Source of the DNA: Thermodesulfobacteriota bacterium
GTDB taxonomy: Bacteria; Desulfobacterota; Binatia; Bin18
Assembly (NCBI GenBank): GCA_964291405.2
Contig: OZ219926.1
Location: 896,001-960,000, forward strand
Length of the DNA stretch: 64,000 nucleotides
Direction: 5' to 3'
Positions 55,615-64,000 of this stretch are shown here, piece by piece. The notes under the pieces are model-generated. The model made no database searches. It was not told where the DNA came from and saw nothing but the letters and a program-made list of their open reading frames with translations. The translations under genes and the position numbers were made by a program. How positions within the stretch are numbered: position 1 is the first letter of the stretch; every line of letters starts with the position of its first letter.

Positions 55615-56304
55615 CTACGATCGAACAGACAGCCGCACCGTATGCGCATTGCCGTTCCAGCTCGGCGCTCCAGCTTCATAACGGAACCCGGCCACTTCAC
55701 ACATGGCTCTGAGGGCCTCAGCCGTCGGCAGCCACCACCAGGGGCCGAAATCCTCAAAGCTCCACTCCGCCACCTCCTGCGTGATGCCGAACGCCCCATC
55801 GCCGACAACGCCCTGCCAATACGCTTGGACAATCTCACGCTCGCGGCCGTGTAAAGCCGGAATACACAGCATGGCCGCGGCGGGCAGCTCAAGAACCCCT
55901 TTTGCTCCTTCAATCCGAGTCGCGGTGATCGCCGAGGTAAGGACGAGAGCCTCGCGGGTTACCTTGCGTAAGGCGCGTAAAAACTGCATCGGCTCGGGCA
56001 TGTGATACAGCACCCCGGAGCAGTGCACGACATCGAACTGCGGGCAGGGGTCCGCCTCGGCCAAGGTCAGAATGTCCGTGCTCATACACTCAACCCCTGG
56101 CAGCCGGAGCGTGCGCCGCCGTTCATCAAATAACGCCCACAGCTCGCTGTCGGGCGGTGAGACATCAATCATGGTCAGCACGCGCGCGCCGTGCGCATGG
56201 GCAACCGAGACCTTCTCATTGACCGTCCCCCACAGCCCACCAACATCGGCAAACGATTTGCCGGCCACAACCTGACTAATATACGTATCCCGCACATCTC
56301 TCAT
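55615..56304 (-). CDS. class I SAM-dependent methyltransferase
   Basis: FADVGG, FDVVHCSGVLYH.P.P...L, WWWLP. Confidence 0.85.
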   Translation of the reverse strand: MRDVRDTYISQVVAGKSFADVGGLWGTVNEKVSVAHAHGARVLTMIDVSPPDSELWALFDERRRTLRLPGVECMSTDILTLAEADPCPQFDVVHCSGVLYHMPEPMQFLRALRKVTREALVLTSAITATRIEGAKGVLELPAAAMLCIPALHGREREIVQAYWQGVVGDGAFGITQEVAEWSFEDFGPWWWLPTAEALRAMCEVAGFRYEAGAPSWNGNAHTVRLSVRS

Positions 56305-58631
56305 GGAGTGCCCTCACGCAGCAAGCGCCGTTTGAGACGATTTTTCAGGGATAACAGCCACGGCCGGTTGGTCTTGAGCAGGGCGGTATAGAGCGGCAAG
56401 AACATCCGACGGACCGAAAAATACAACACCGTCCGCCAGGAGTGGCCATACGCGGCAACGAGATGGGCCGGTATCAAGCTCGTTCCGGCATCCACCCTTT
56501 GTTCAGCTCCCTGCTCCCGTTCTTGCCAGAGCCAGTCCGTCACGGTTGTGATCCGCAGATATTCTACGGCTTGCGTTGCACAGGCGCGCCCGAGGCCAAC
56601 TCCGGGCAGCGGTGCGGTTGCCGCTGCCCGTTCCTGTCGCGCGGCTTCGTAGGCCGCCAGAACAGTGTCGGTCATCTGCTCCAGCCGGAAGTGATCCTGA
56701 ATACGTTGACGCCCCTGTTGGCCCATGCTCTTCCGTTGCCCCGGCTCGTCCAGGAGTTGAGCCAGGACGGTGGCGTACTGCCGGGCTTCGTCTTCTTCCG
56801 ATCCCCGGCCAATCAATACCCCACATTCAGGCGTGACCAGCTCACGCTGCCCGCTCACATCTGCTCCGACAACCGGCACCCCGCAGGCCATAGCTTCGTA
56901 GACTGAGAGCGCTATGCCTTCCCATTCGGAGGGGAGAAAAAAGATGTCCGCGGCAGCAAGAAGGTCCCGAATATCATCATTGGGTAGTGCGCCGAGCAAG
57001 CGAACCTGTCGCTCCAACCTGTTCTTATGGATAAAGGTTTTGAGCCAGTCAAAATCCGGTCCATCGCCGGCAACCATAAGCACGAAATCAGCGTTGGTTT
57101 GGGTGAGGCGGAGTGCTGTCTGCGCCAGGACTTTCGGTTGTTTTTGCGCACATATACGCCCGACAAATACAATCAGCGGCGTTGAGGCGGCAATATCGTA
57201 GTGCTGACGGGCACGATGACCCCGCTCAGCGTCGGGCTGCCACGAGTCGGCGTCGATATTCGTATGACATACCTGGATAGTGGCCGGGTCGGCGCCCCGC
57301 CCTACCATCCAGCCTTTCAGATGTTCCGACGAAACCAAGCTGCGATCAAGCGTTTCCTGGTAGATAACCGACATCTGCGGATAACCGCCATTCTTCCACG
57401 ATTCCTCCTCAATATGACAAAAATCGAGCAAAGGCAGCTTTGGACAATGTGCCCGCAGGTAGGGCAGGATATGATACCCGAACTCGCTATGCGAGGTGAG
57501 CACCGCATCGATCTCTCTGCTCTGTATCAGATAGCGCAGAAAACGCGGATAATCCGCGGGCCGCAGAAAACGGTGCAAAATAAAAATATCGGGCGTAAAG
57601 TCGGCAAACTGGGCCAGCCAGGGATGATCGCTACTGAGCGTCGTCACGATGGTCACTTCCCAGCCGCGCCGGACGAGTTGACCGAGCAGGTCCAGGTTGA
57701 ACTTGTCCGACCCACCCATGGCCAGCCACGGCACGATCAGTAGCAGCCGTGGCTTTTCCTTGTGGAGTCGATTCTCCCACGGGAGCGTATCACAGACGGT
57801 TTCATACGGTGCGAGCGGCGCTGCCTGGGGCGTGGGAAACTCCTCCCAGAGACGCGGGTAGCGCTGGCGCAATTTTTTCCGAAAGGCGGCCTCGCGCTTC
57901 CCGCCATCCCAGTTATCCCAGCGGTCCCCGTGGTTCTTGCGGCGGCGGTACCAGTCGAGATACTCCGGTAGCGTCGTGCCCCAATGGCCCTCGCTGGCGC
58001 AGTGCAGCCAGAAGTCCCAGTCTTCCAGCCCGCCCCGGATCGTTTCGTCATAGCCGCCGACGGCGGTATGCACGCTGCGCCGCACCGCGCTGGTGATATC
58101 CACAAGATTCTGTTCAAGAAAAACACCACCGTTGTGGAAGCCCTGCTCCCACAGGTACTCGTTGGCATCGAAGCCAACCGAGTAGCCCTTCACAAACGCG
58201 AATTCGGGATAGGACTCCAACAGCCAGATCCATTTTTCTATGGCGGTCGGCTCCAGCATATTATCCGTATCGAGCTGGACGATATACTCTGCACGCGCGG
58301 CCCGATACGCCGTATTCCGTCCGGCGCTGGGCCCCTGGTTGACCTCATGGTCAATCACCCGAATCCTTGTATCTGTGTTACGGTAGGAATCGAGAATAGC
58401 CAGCGCTTCCGGGTCGGTCGAGCCGTCGTTGACGATAATCCACTCCCACTGCTGGAAAGACTGCCGCAGGACGGACCGCGCCGTGTCATGAAAAATCGCG
58501 CCGGTATTGTAATACGGCGTCACGATGGTCACGACCGGCGGAGCGGCCGGATCGACCGGACGATACCCATAGACCGGACGCCGGTCCGAGGCCGGGGTGT
58601 TCGCGTAATCGGGACTGTTGGGATCAATCAT
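56301..58631 (-). CDS. bifunctional GT2-GT4 glycosyltransferase
   Basis: N-half TPYYN, NDGSTD, LDTDN, EDWDFW; C-half GGSDKF, VGR...QK.P, PSEWEG...YEAMACG. Confidence 0.92.
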   Translation of the reverse strand: MIDPNSPDYANTPASDRRPVYGYRPVDPAAPPVVTIVTPYYNTGAIFHDTARSVLRQSFQQWEWIIVNDGSTDPEALAILDSYRNTDTRIRVIDHEVNQGPSAGRNTAYRAARAEYIVQLDTDNMLEPTAIEKWIWLLESYPEFAFVKGYSVGFDANEYLWEQGFHNGGVFLEQNLVDITSAVRRSVHTAVGGYDETIRGGLEDWDFWLHCASEGHWGTTLPEYLDWYRRRKNHGDRWDNWDGGKREAAFRKKLRQRYPRLWEEFPTPQAAPLAPYETVCDTLPWENRLHKEKPRLLLIVPWLAMGGSDKFNLDLLGQLVRRGWEVTIVTTLSSDHPWLAQFADFTPDIFILHRFLRPADYPRFLRYLIQSREIDAVLTSHSEFGYHILPYLRAHCPKLPLLDFCHIEEESWKNGGYPQMSVIYQETLDRSLVSSEHLKGWMVGRGADPATIQVCHTNIDADSWQPDAERGHRARQHYDIAASTPLIVFVGRICAQKQPKVLAQTALRLTQTNADFVLMVAGDGPDFDWLKTFIHKNRLERQVRLLGALPNDDIRDLLAAADIFFLPSEWEGIALSVYEAMACGVPVVGADVSGQRELVTPECGVLIGRGSEEDEARQYATVLAQLLDEPGQRKSMGQQGRQRIQDHFRLEQMTDTVLAAYEAARQERAAATAPLPGVGLGRACATQAVEYLRITTVTDWLWQEREQGAEQRVDAGTSLIPAHLVAAYGHSWRTVLYFSVRRMFLPLYTALLKTNRPWLLSLKNRLKRRLLREGTP

Positions 58632-61374
58632 TGTTTCTACTTTGGCCGGCTACTTTGGCCGGAAATCCCTGGACCGGCTTGACCAGTTTCATCCGGGTGC
58701 CCAAGCGGCCCCACACACTCTCTTGCCAGTAGCGTGTCTGTGCCTGCCAGTGGGCGATCTGTTCCTCGTGCTGCCGAGCAATTTTCTCCCAGTTACTCCG
58801 CTGCTCCTCCAGCCACGCCTTCCCCTGCTCCAACTCGCCCATCCATGCCTGTTGCTCCTGTAATACTCGCCCACGTTCCTCGGCTAACGCCTGCCAATTC
58901 TTCCTCTGTTCTTCTTGCCACGCCTTCCCCTGCTCCAACTCGTCCATCCATGCCTGTTGCGTAGCCCGCTGCTCTTCCAGCCACGTTTTGCCTGTTTCGA
59001 GCTCTTTTATCCAACCCCTGAGTTCTTGAATCAAATCGTTCTGGGTCTCGGCAACACTCCGCCAATTGGCCTGTTGGGCTTCTTGCCACGCCTTCCCCTG
59101 CTCCAACTCACCTATCCACGCCTGTTGCGCAGCCTGTTGTTCTTCTTGCCACGTTTTGCCTGTTTCGAGCTCTTTTATCCAACCCCTGAGTTCTTGAATC
59201 AAATCGTTCTGGGTCTCGACAACACTCCGCCAATTGGCCTGCTGAGCTTCTTGCCAGGCTTTGCCACGTTCCAATTCACTAATCCAGCGGCGGAGCTTGG
59301 TCAGCGTGCTGAAGGCTTCACCCAGCACGCGGCCTTCGGACTGCGAGCCCCGGTCTTGAGAGAGTGAGAGTGCACGACGACCGGCTTCAGTGATTTCCTC
59401 TACACCACGCTCAAACTGGTAGGCGTGCGAGGCGTTACCGCCGTGCCAGCGGTAGCGGACCAGGGGACGGGCCAGAAAGCCAACCCGATAGGTGAGGCAT
59501 AGCCTGAGCCACATGGCATAGTCACAGGCAAAGCCCAGGTCCGGGTCAAACCCACCCTGTTCGAGCAGGACACGGCGCCGAGCCAGCACGGTCGGCGCAC
59601 ACACCCGGTTGCCGTTGAGGAGCAAGGTCCGAAAATACTCCGGCCCACCCCAGACCGTGTCTTCAGTCGCGTCCTCAATCCAGTCGGCAAACGAGCTTGG
59701 CGCCGACTCGTCAACCAGCGTTTCCACCCCGGAATGGACAAAACCGACGGTTTCGTCCGTGCTCAACAGTTGGACCTTGCGTTCCAGATTGTCGGGCAGC
59801 ATCACATCGTCCTGGTGAAAGACGCACACGAACTCTCCACCGGCGAGTTCAAGACAGCGGTTCCAATTGGCCGGAATACCCAGCCGCTCCGGGTTGCGGT
59901 GTATCTGTATTCTCGGGTCAGAGAACGACTTGACGATATCGAGCGTGGCGTCGGTTGAATGATCATCAACAACCAGGAGTTCAAAGTCCTCATAGGTCTG
60001 GTTCAAAATGCTGTGCAGCGCCTCTTCAATATAATCCGCGCCGTTATACGTGGGCAGGCACACGCTGACCGCACGGGTCGGTGTCAGCCTCTCCGCTTCC
60101 GTTGAGAGAGCATCAGGACGCGGGCCTTCTTCCGACGGCTTGTCCCCCCGCACGGCCTCATATACGGCTTCCATATCCTGGGCGTACACCTGCGGGTCTC
60201 GCATTGGCGTCGCGGCCGGCGTGAGCTGTTCCCGCAGCCGGGTGTCGGTCTGCAGCCGCTCCAGGCAACGCCGCAGGTCGCCTGCGTTCTCGGGTTCAAA
60301 CAACAGACCGTTCACTCCATCCTGAATGACTTCAGGTAATGCCCCACGCCTGGTGGCAATGACCGGCAGACCGGCCTGAAGCGCCTCTCGGGTGACCAGC
60401 GAAAAGGTTTCCTCACAGAGGCTGGGTACAACCAGCACGTCGTGCTGAGTCAGAATGGCGTTCAACTGATCGTGCGTATAGGTGCCACAAAAACGAATGG
60501 GGAGACCGACCGCATCCGCCTCCAGTTGGTCAGCATAGGCAGACCAGGCCGCGGCCCGTTCACCATACAGGGAGACGGTAAGGCTAGCAGCCGGCATGCC
60601 GCGCACGGCTTGTAGAATCAGCTGTGGGCCTTTGTGTGGCACGAGCGCACCAATATATAACACCCGCAGCCGCCCGTCCTTGCGGTCGTCTTGGCGTCTC
60701 TGCTGGATGGGTATGACGCCAGGGGCAAGTATCTGGAGACGAGGCTCCAGAAATGGGAACAGGTGAGACATGCGGTCAGCCAGAAACCGGGACGGCACAA
60801 TAACCCGTTGCGGGATGCGGAGGAGTTGCTCAAAATACCGAAAACGCCGGCGGACCTCCTCCGCAGTTGTCTCCGTATGTAAGCAAGCGACGCAGCGCTC
60901 GCCCCGGTCCGGCCCCGGACACAGCCGGCTGTGGTTGTCCACGAGATGGATGCGGGCACAGGCGAAAAAGAAATCGTGCAGGCTAAGGACGACCGGATAA
61001 CCCAGCAGGGCCGAGGACTGGAGCACACTCCCGGACAGATGGATGACGTGCTGAACGTGCACGACATCGGGACGAGAGTCGGTCAGGACCTGGTGAAATG
61101 CCTCGTCGAGAAATGGATGGTCATACTCCAGGCGAAAATGTGAGGCGTGGCTGAGATTGTTGACAACCCGCACAACGCGCACCCCAGAGTGTCCATCCGT
61201 ATCAGAGGGGTCTTGTTGCACTGAGAATTCCGCGGCAGCGGCATCGGTTGTCCGGGCGAAGACCGTCACCTGATGACCTCGCTGGGCGAGCGTCTGAGCC
61301 AGAGTTGCGGTGACGAATTCCACCCCTCCCCACTTTCGGGGCGGGTAGCCGTGCACGATCTGGAGAATGCGCAT
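58624..61374 (-). CDS. GT4-GT2 glycosyltransferase with C-terminal Trp-rich coiled-coil repeats
   Basis: GT4 motifs (SLHDF, PSLCEETFSLVTREA), GT2 motifs (PTYNG, DDHSTD, HQDD), then six W..ELE.GK.W repeats. Confidence 0.92.
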   Translation of the reverse strand: MRILQIVHGYPPRKWGGVEFVTATLAQTLAQRGHQVTVFARTTDAAAAEFSVQQDPSDTDGHSGVRVVRVVNNLSHASHFRLEYDHPFLDEAFHQVLTDSRPDVVHVQHVIHLSGSVLQSSALLGYPVVLSLHDFFFACARIHLVDNHSRLCPGPDRGERCVACLHTETTAEEVRRRFRYFEQLLRIPQRVIVPSRFLADRMSHLFPFLEPRLQILAPGVIPIQQRRQDDRKDGRLRVLYIGALVPHKGPQLILQAVRGMPAASLTVSLYGERAAAWSAYADQLEADAVGLPIRFCGTYTHDQLNAILTQHDVLVVPSLCEETFSLVTREALQAGLPVIATRRGALPEVIQDGVNGLLFEPENAGDLRRCLERLQTDTRLREQLTPAATPMRDPQVYAQDMEAVYEAVRGDKPSEEGPRPDALSTEAERLTPTRAVSVCLPTYNGADYIEEALHSILNQTYEDFELLVVDDHSTDATLDIVKSFSDPRIQIHRNPERLGIPANWNRCLELAGGEFVCVFHQDDVMLPDNLERKVQLLSTDETVGFVHSGVETLVDESAPSSFADWIEDATEDTVWGGPEYFRTLLLNGNRVCAPTVLARRRVLLEQGGFDPDLGFACDYAMWLRLCLTYRVGFLARPLVRYRWHGGNASHAYQFERGVEEITEAGRRALSLSQDRGSQSEGRVLGEAFSTLTKLRRWISELERGKAWQEAQQANWRSVVETQNDLIQELRGWIKELETGKTWQEEQQAAQQAWIGELEQGKAWQEAQQANWRSVAETQNDLIQELRGWIKELETGKTWLEEQRATQQAWMDELEQGKAWQEEQRKNWQALAEERGRVLQEQQAWMGELEQGKAWLEEQRSNWEKIARQHEEQIAHWQAQTRYWQESVWGRLGTRMKLVKPVQGFPAKVAGQSRNND
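58760..59295 (-). repeat. coding tandem repeats of 21 and 35 codons including a 168-bp duplication
   Basis: Blocks starting at 58981 and 59149 are almost identical over about 100 bp. Confidence 0.9.
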
Positions 61375-61381
61375 AGACCGT

Positions 61382-62347
61382 TTATTTCTGCTTTATGCTC
61401 TCCTGTAAAGAAATCCGGCGCACCAGAGAGGGAGCCAAGGCATGCTTTCGTTCGCCGAGCCAGGTACCGCATAATGCCGCAAGATGCCAGGCCAGGGCTA
61501 GTCCCCCCCAACGCAGCCCGACGCGCAGCCGTCCCTGGTTTGTGAGCCAGCGCCAGAACGACAAGTCCCGGCGGGCGGCGCGCCAGGTCAGGGGCAGCGT
61601 GCGTCCCAGGGACAGACGAGAAGCAGCATCAATATCGCTCAGCGCGCGCGCATGATCGAAATGCCGCCTGAAATTGGGCCAGGGGCCATAACCGTGGGAA
61701 TGAGACACCAGCGAGTCGGCCCGATAGGCGGTTTTATACCCGGCCTCAAGCACTCGCCTGGCCCACAGTTGGTCCTCGGCGAATTCCACCTCGGGAAAAG
61801 GGAATTGCTGCCATACGCTGCGACGCAGGACCGAACTGACGTTAGAGAAAAAATAGCAAGAGGCCGGATTGCTGGCATAATCAGGGGTGTCACTACTGTT
61901 CAGACACGATTCCGCCCGGCCCGACAGCTCATCCTCAACAATGCGCCGCCACTCCATGGGGTGACAGTGCGGGCGGGGGAGATGGCGGCTATACGCCCCG
62001 GCAATCAACGGGTCGGCCTGGAGGGGCGCCAGCAGCGCGTCCAGCCAGTCGGCATTGGCCGGGGTCGCATCCTGGGTCAGGAACACCAGATACTCGCCCC
62101 GCGCGTAGCTTGCGGCCAGATTGCGGGTTTTGCCGTGGCCGAAATCCTGGGGTGGAATCCGTATGACGCGCACCGCGTGAGACGCAAGAATGGCCAGGGT
62201 TCGGTCGCGCGAACCGGAATCCACCGCGAGGATCTCGTCGAGTTGAAAGCGGCCCCGTTGTTGACCGATACGGTCCAGCACTTCGGCCAGATAGCGCTCG
62301 CCGTTTTTTGTGACCAGGAGAACGGATACGGTCGGACGGTCGGTCAT
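61382..62347 (-). CDS. GT2 glycosyltransferase (rhamnosyltransferase-like)
   Basis: DSGSRD, FGHGKTRN, FLTQDA, FSNV, FAEDQ.W, V.HSH.Y. Confidence 0.9.
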   Translation of the reverse strand: MTDRPTVSVLLVTKNGERYLAEVLDRIGQQRGRFQLDEILAVDSGSRDRTLAILASHAVRVIRIPPQDFGHGKTRNLAASYARGEYLVFLTQDATPANADWLDALLAPLQADPLIAGAYSRHLPRPHCHPMEWRRIVEDELSGRAESCLNSSDTPDYASNPASCYFFSNVSSVLRRSVWQQFPFPEVEFAEDQLWARRVLEAGYKTAYRADSLVSHSHGYGPWPNFRRHFDHARALSDIDAASRLSLGRTLPLTWRAARRDLSFWRWLTNQGRLRVGLRWGGLALAWHLAALCGTWLGERKHALAPSLVRRISLQESIKQK

Positions 62348-62364
62348 AACGTCTGGAAAATAGC

Positions 62365-62430
62365 TGCGCCCGCTCCCCTACATCCCCTCTCGGGAGGGGT
62401 GGCCCGCAGGGCCGGGGTGGGTTCCCCAGC
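62365..62430. repeat. REP-like palindrome (CCCCTCTCGGGAGGGG...GGCCCGCAGGGCCGGGGTGG)
   Basis: Short GC-rich hairpins between genes; related sequences near 4185-4215 and 20180-20210. Confidence 0.6.
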
Positions 62431-62432
62431 CG

Positions 62433-63266
62433 TCAGGCGTTTGTCTTACGACACACAATCGCGGCATTGTCGGGCCGTGCCCACATGCTGTTGATGGCCT
62501 CATTGGCTCCCTCTGCCCAGACGGCCATTGCTTTTTGCTGCGCTTCCATATGCCGCCGGAGGCGGGCTTCCAGAGCCGGCAGGTCCGCAGCGGGCGCGAG
62601 TCGCAACCGGCGCAGGAGTTGAAAATACACGGCCCGGAGCTTTTCTTTCAGCCACCCTCTGGGCCGTGGAGTCTGGTCCCTGCCCGCCTCCACGGCCTGC
62701 GGCAGCACGAGCGGCGACAGCAAATGGGGCACGTCCTCCCGGTTGGTGTGTATCACCTCAAGGCCGGCGTGCCGACAAATCGCCTCAAGCAACTCGGGAT
62801 GATAGAAACGGACGTGCTCGGGGTCGCGCCAGAAGCCCAACAGCTGCATGCGGATGGATTCGGGGTTGGGTACGACAATCACCACGGTGCCCGCGGCCCT
62901 GACGCGAGGCGCGAGGAGTTCAAAAAACCGCAGTACCTGCTCAAAGGGCAGATGCTCCAGAAAATGCGAGCAAAAGACCCCGTCATAGGTCTCGGTCGTC
63001 CGCTCCAGAAAGGCGAAAACATCCTGCTCGACAATATCCCAGCCGTGCTGTTTCACCCAGGCCACAACCGTGGGATTGCGTTCAACCCCGAGCGCGGGAA
63101 TGCCCTGTTCGGCCAACAGCTCCAGAAAAATGCCCGAGCCGCAGGCCAGGTCCAGAACCTTGTGACAGCCCCGAAAATGGGCCACATAGCCACTCTGCAT
63201 CTCCCGGTTCCACTGCCGGTCGCGCAGCGTGAATTCATAGTGAGAGTAGTCGAAGCGGTCAGCCAT
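62433..63266 (-). CDS. class I SAM methyltransferase (glycan-capping type)
   Basis: VLDLACGSG.F, SHFLEHL, VPNP and FW.DP.H motifs, followed by an amphipathic/coiled tail. Confidence 0.85.
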   Translation of the reverse strand: MADRFDYSHYEFTLRDRQWNREMQSGYVAHFRGCHKVLDLACGSGIFLELLAEQGIPALGVERNPTVVAWVKQHGWDIVEQDVFAFLERTTETYDGVFCSHFLEHLPFEQVLRFFELLAPRVRAAGTVVIVVPNPESIRMQLLGFWRDPEHVRFYHPELLEAICRHAGLEVIHTNREDVPHLLSPLVLPQAVEAGRDQTPRPRGWLKEKLRAVYFQLLRRLRLAPAADLPALEARLRRHMEAQQKAMAVWAEGANEAINSMWARPDNAAIVCRKTNA

Positions 63267-63293
63267 TTTTTCACGCGCCGGGCGGGTTGGGTT

Positions 63294-63746
63294 TCAGAAG
63301 GGACCGTGGGCCGCCACTTCATCTATCATGGCCCGTTGTTCGTGTTCGGGCAGCGTCACAAACCAGCGCACCATCAGGTATTGGTGTCGGGTGTGAACAT
63401 AGCCGATACGCCGGGCAATCGCCACGGAGACCGGATTATTGAGGTAGGCAAACAGGGCTTTTTTCGGGGCGGGGTCGACGAAGGCGATACGCGACAGGGC
63501 CTCACCCAGGCCCCGGTTCCGGTAGCGGGGATCGACACACAGCCCCCCCACCAGACCGTACGGGCCGCACTCCGTGACATGGTAATAGCCGACGGCCTCG
63601 AACCGGGCCGGCCCTATTTTCGCAAAAGCCACATAATGGGTCGGGTCATGCGGCGGGCTCTGGTTAAACGTCTGCCGAAAGAGGTCGGTGACAAAGACCG
63701 CCGCATTATCCACCCTCACAATCGAGATATCGCCCTGCTGTGCCAT
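63294..63746 (-). CDS. GNAT family N-acetyltransferase
   Basis: LCVDPRYRNRGLG acetyl-CoA motif; N..S......GY; GGAG RBS. Confidence 0.85.
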   Translation of the reverse strand: MAQQGDISIVRVDNAAVFVTDLFRQTFNQSPPHDPTHYVAFAKIGPARFEAVGYYHVTECGPYGLVGGLCVDPRYRNRGLGEALSRIAFVDPAPKKALFAYLNNPVSVAIARRIGYVHTRHQYLMVRWFVTLPEHEQRAMIDEVAAHGPF

Positions 63747-63799
63747 GGCTCCCTACTCATACAAAAGATCCCCTCCTCGGAGAGGTGATAGGCGTTGTG

Positions 63800-63970
63800 T
63801 CGTGAGCCTCCCGGGGCCGGGCCGGCGGCCCCCGCCTCGGGCCGCTTGCCCGCACGCTGCCTGGGAGAGCGGCCATCTTGGCCGCTTGCGGGCCGCTTGC
63901 CCGCACTCCTGGCCCCCTGCCGCGGACAGGAACTGCGCAGGGGGGCGGGGGGCCGCCGGGCCGGAGTGGG
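63800..63970. repeat. cluster of REP-like palindromes
   Basis: CCTGGGAGAGCGGCCATCTTGGCCGC core as in MITE copy 3; GGGCCGCTTGCCCGCAC occurs twice. Confidence 0.7.
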
Positions 63971-64000
63971 TTCCTGTTCGCATCACACGTCCGCAGCGGT

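Larger units (their letters stand above)
53826..55682. mobile_element. small islet bounded by 61-bp direct repeats (53826-53886 and 55622-55682)
   Basis: Three mismatches in 61 bp with a 44-bp identical core; the repeat is the 3' end of the methyltransferase gene 55615..56304. Confidence 0.8.

Noticed and set aside
58760-59295. CRISPR-like or non-coding repeat
   Set aside because: Units are multiples of 21 bp and in frame within the glycosyltransferase; this is a coding coiled-coil repeat.
62535-63788. Long antisense ORFs (also 28294..29349, 18883..19914, 8002..9129, 32259..33323)
   Set aside because: Shadow frames of well-supported genes in GC-rich DNA, with no recognisable motifs.

Overview
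GC-rich (about 60%) bacterial chromosome segment with no rRNA, tRNA or CRISPR array. The gene content (DUF1329 protein, selenoprotein, FGE-domain remnant, small coiled-coil protein, dense REP-like palindromes) suggests a deltaproteobacterial/Binatia-like organism; this is inference only. The left 37 kb holds housekeeping and envelope genes (ispG, folD, clpB, tamA/tamB-like, transporters, KamA-type radical SAM enzyme, aminotransferase), mixed with pseudogene fragments and a CTAG-ended MITE family with swappable palindromic cores. The right 27 kb is a surface-glycan locus: several GT2/GT4 enzymes, SAM methyltransferases, an initiating sugar transferase, an O-antigen ligase, a GH-A-clan lipoprotein and an ABC heterodimer. 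Main observations: (1) a three-gene cassette encoding a small signal-peptide/YLDPG membrane protein, a kinase-like plus methyltransferase fusion (NoeA-like) and a Thr-nucleophile membrane phospho-transferase, a candidate glycan-modification system; (2) a GT4-GT2 enzyme ending in a Trp-rich 21/35-residue heptad coiled coil, a possible chain-length ruler; (3) an in-frame TGA selenoprotein peroxiredoxin with a SECIS-like hairpin, split in two by the ORF track; (4) a 1.7 kb toxin-antitoxin islet inserted at the 3' end of a methyltransferase gene, bounded by a 61-bp repeat whose coding differences are synonymous.
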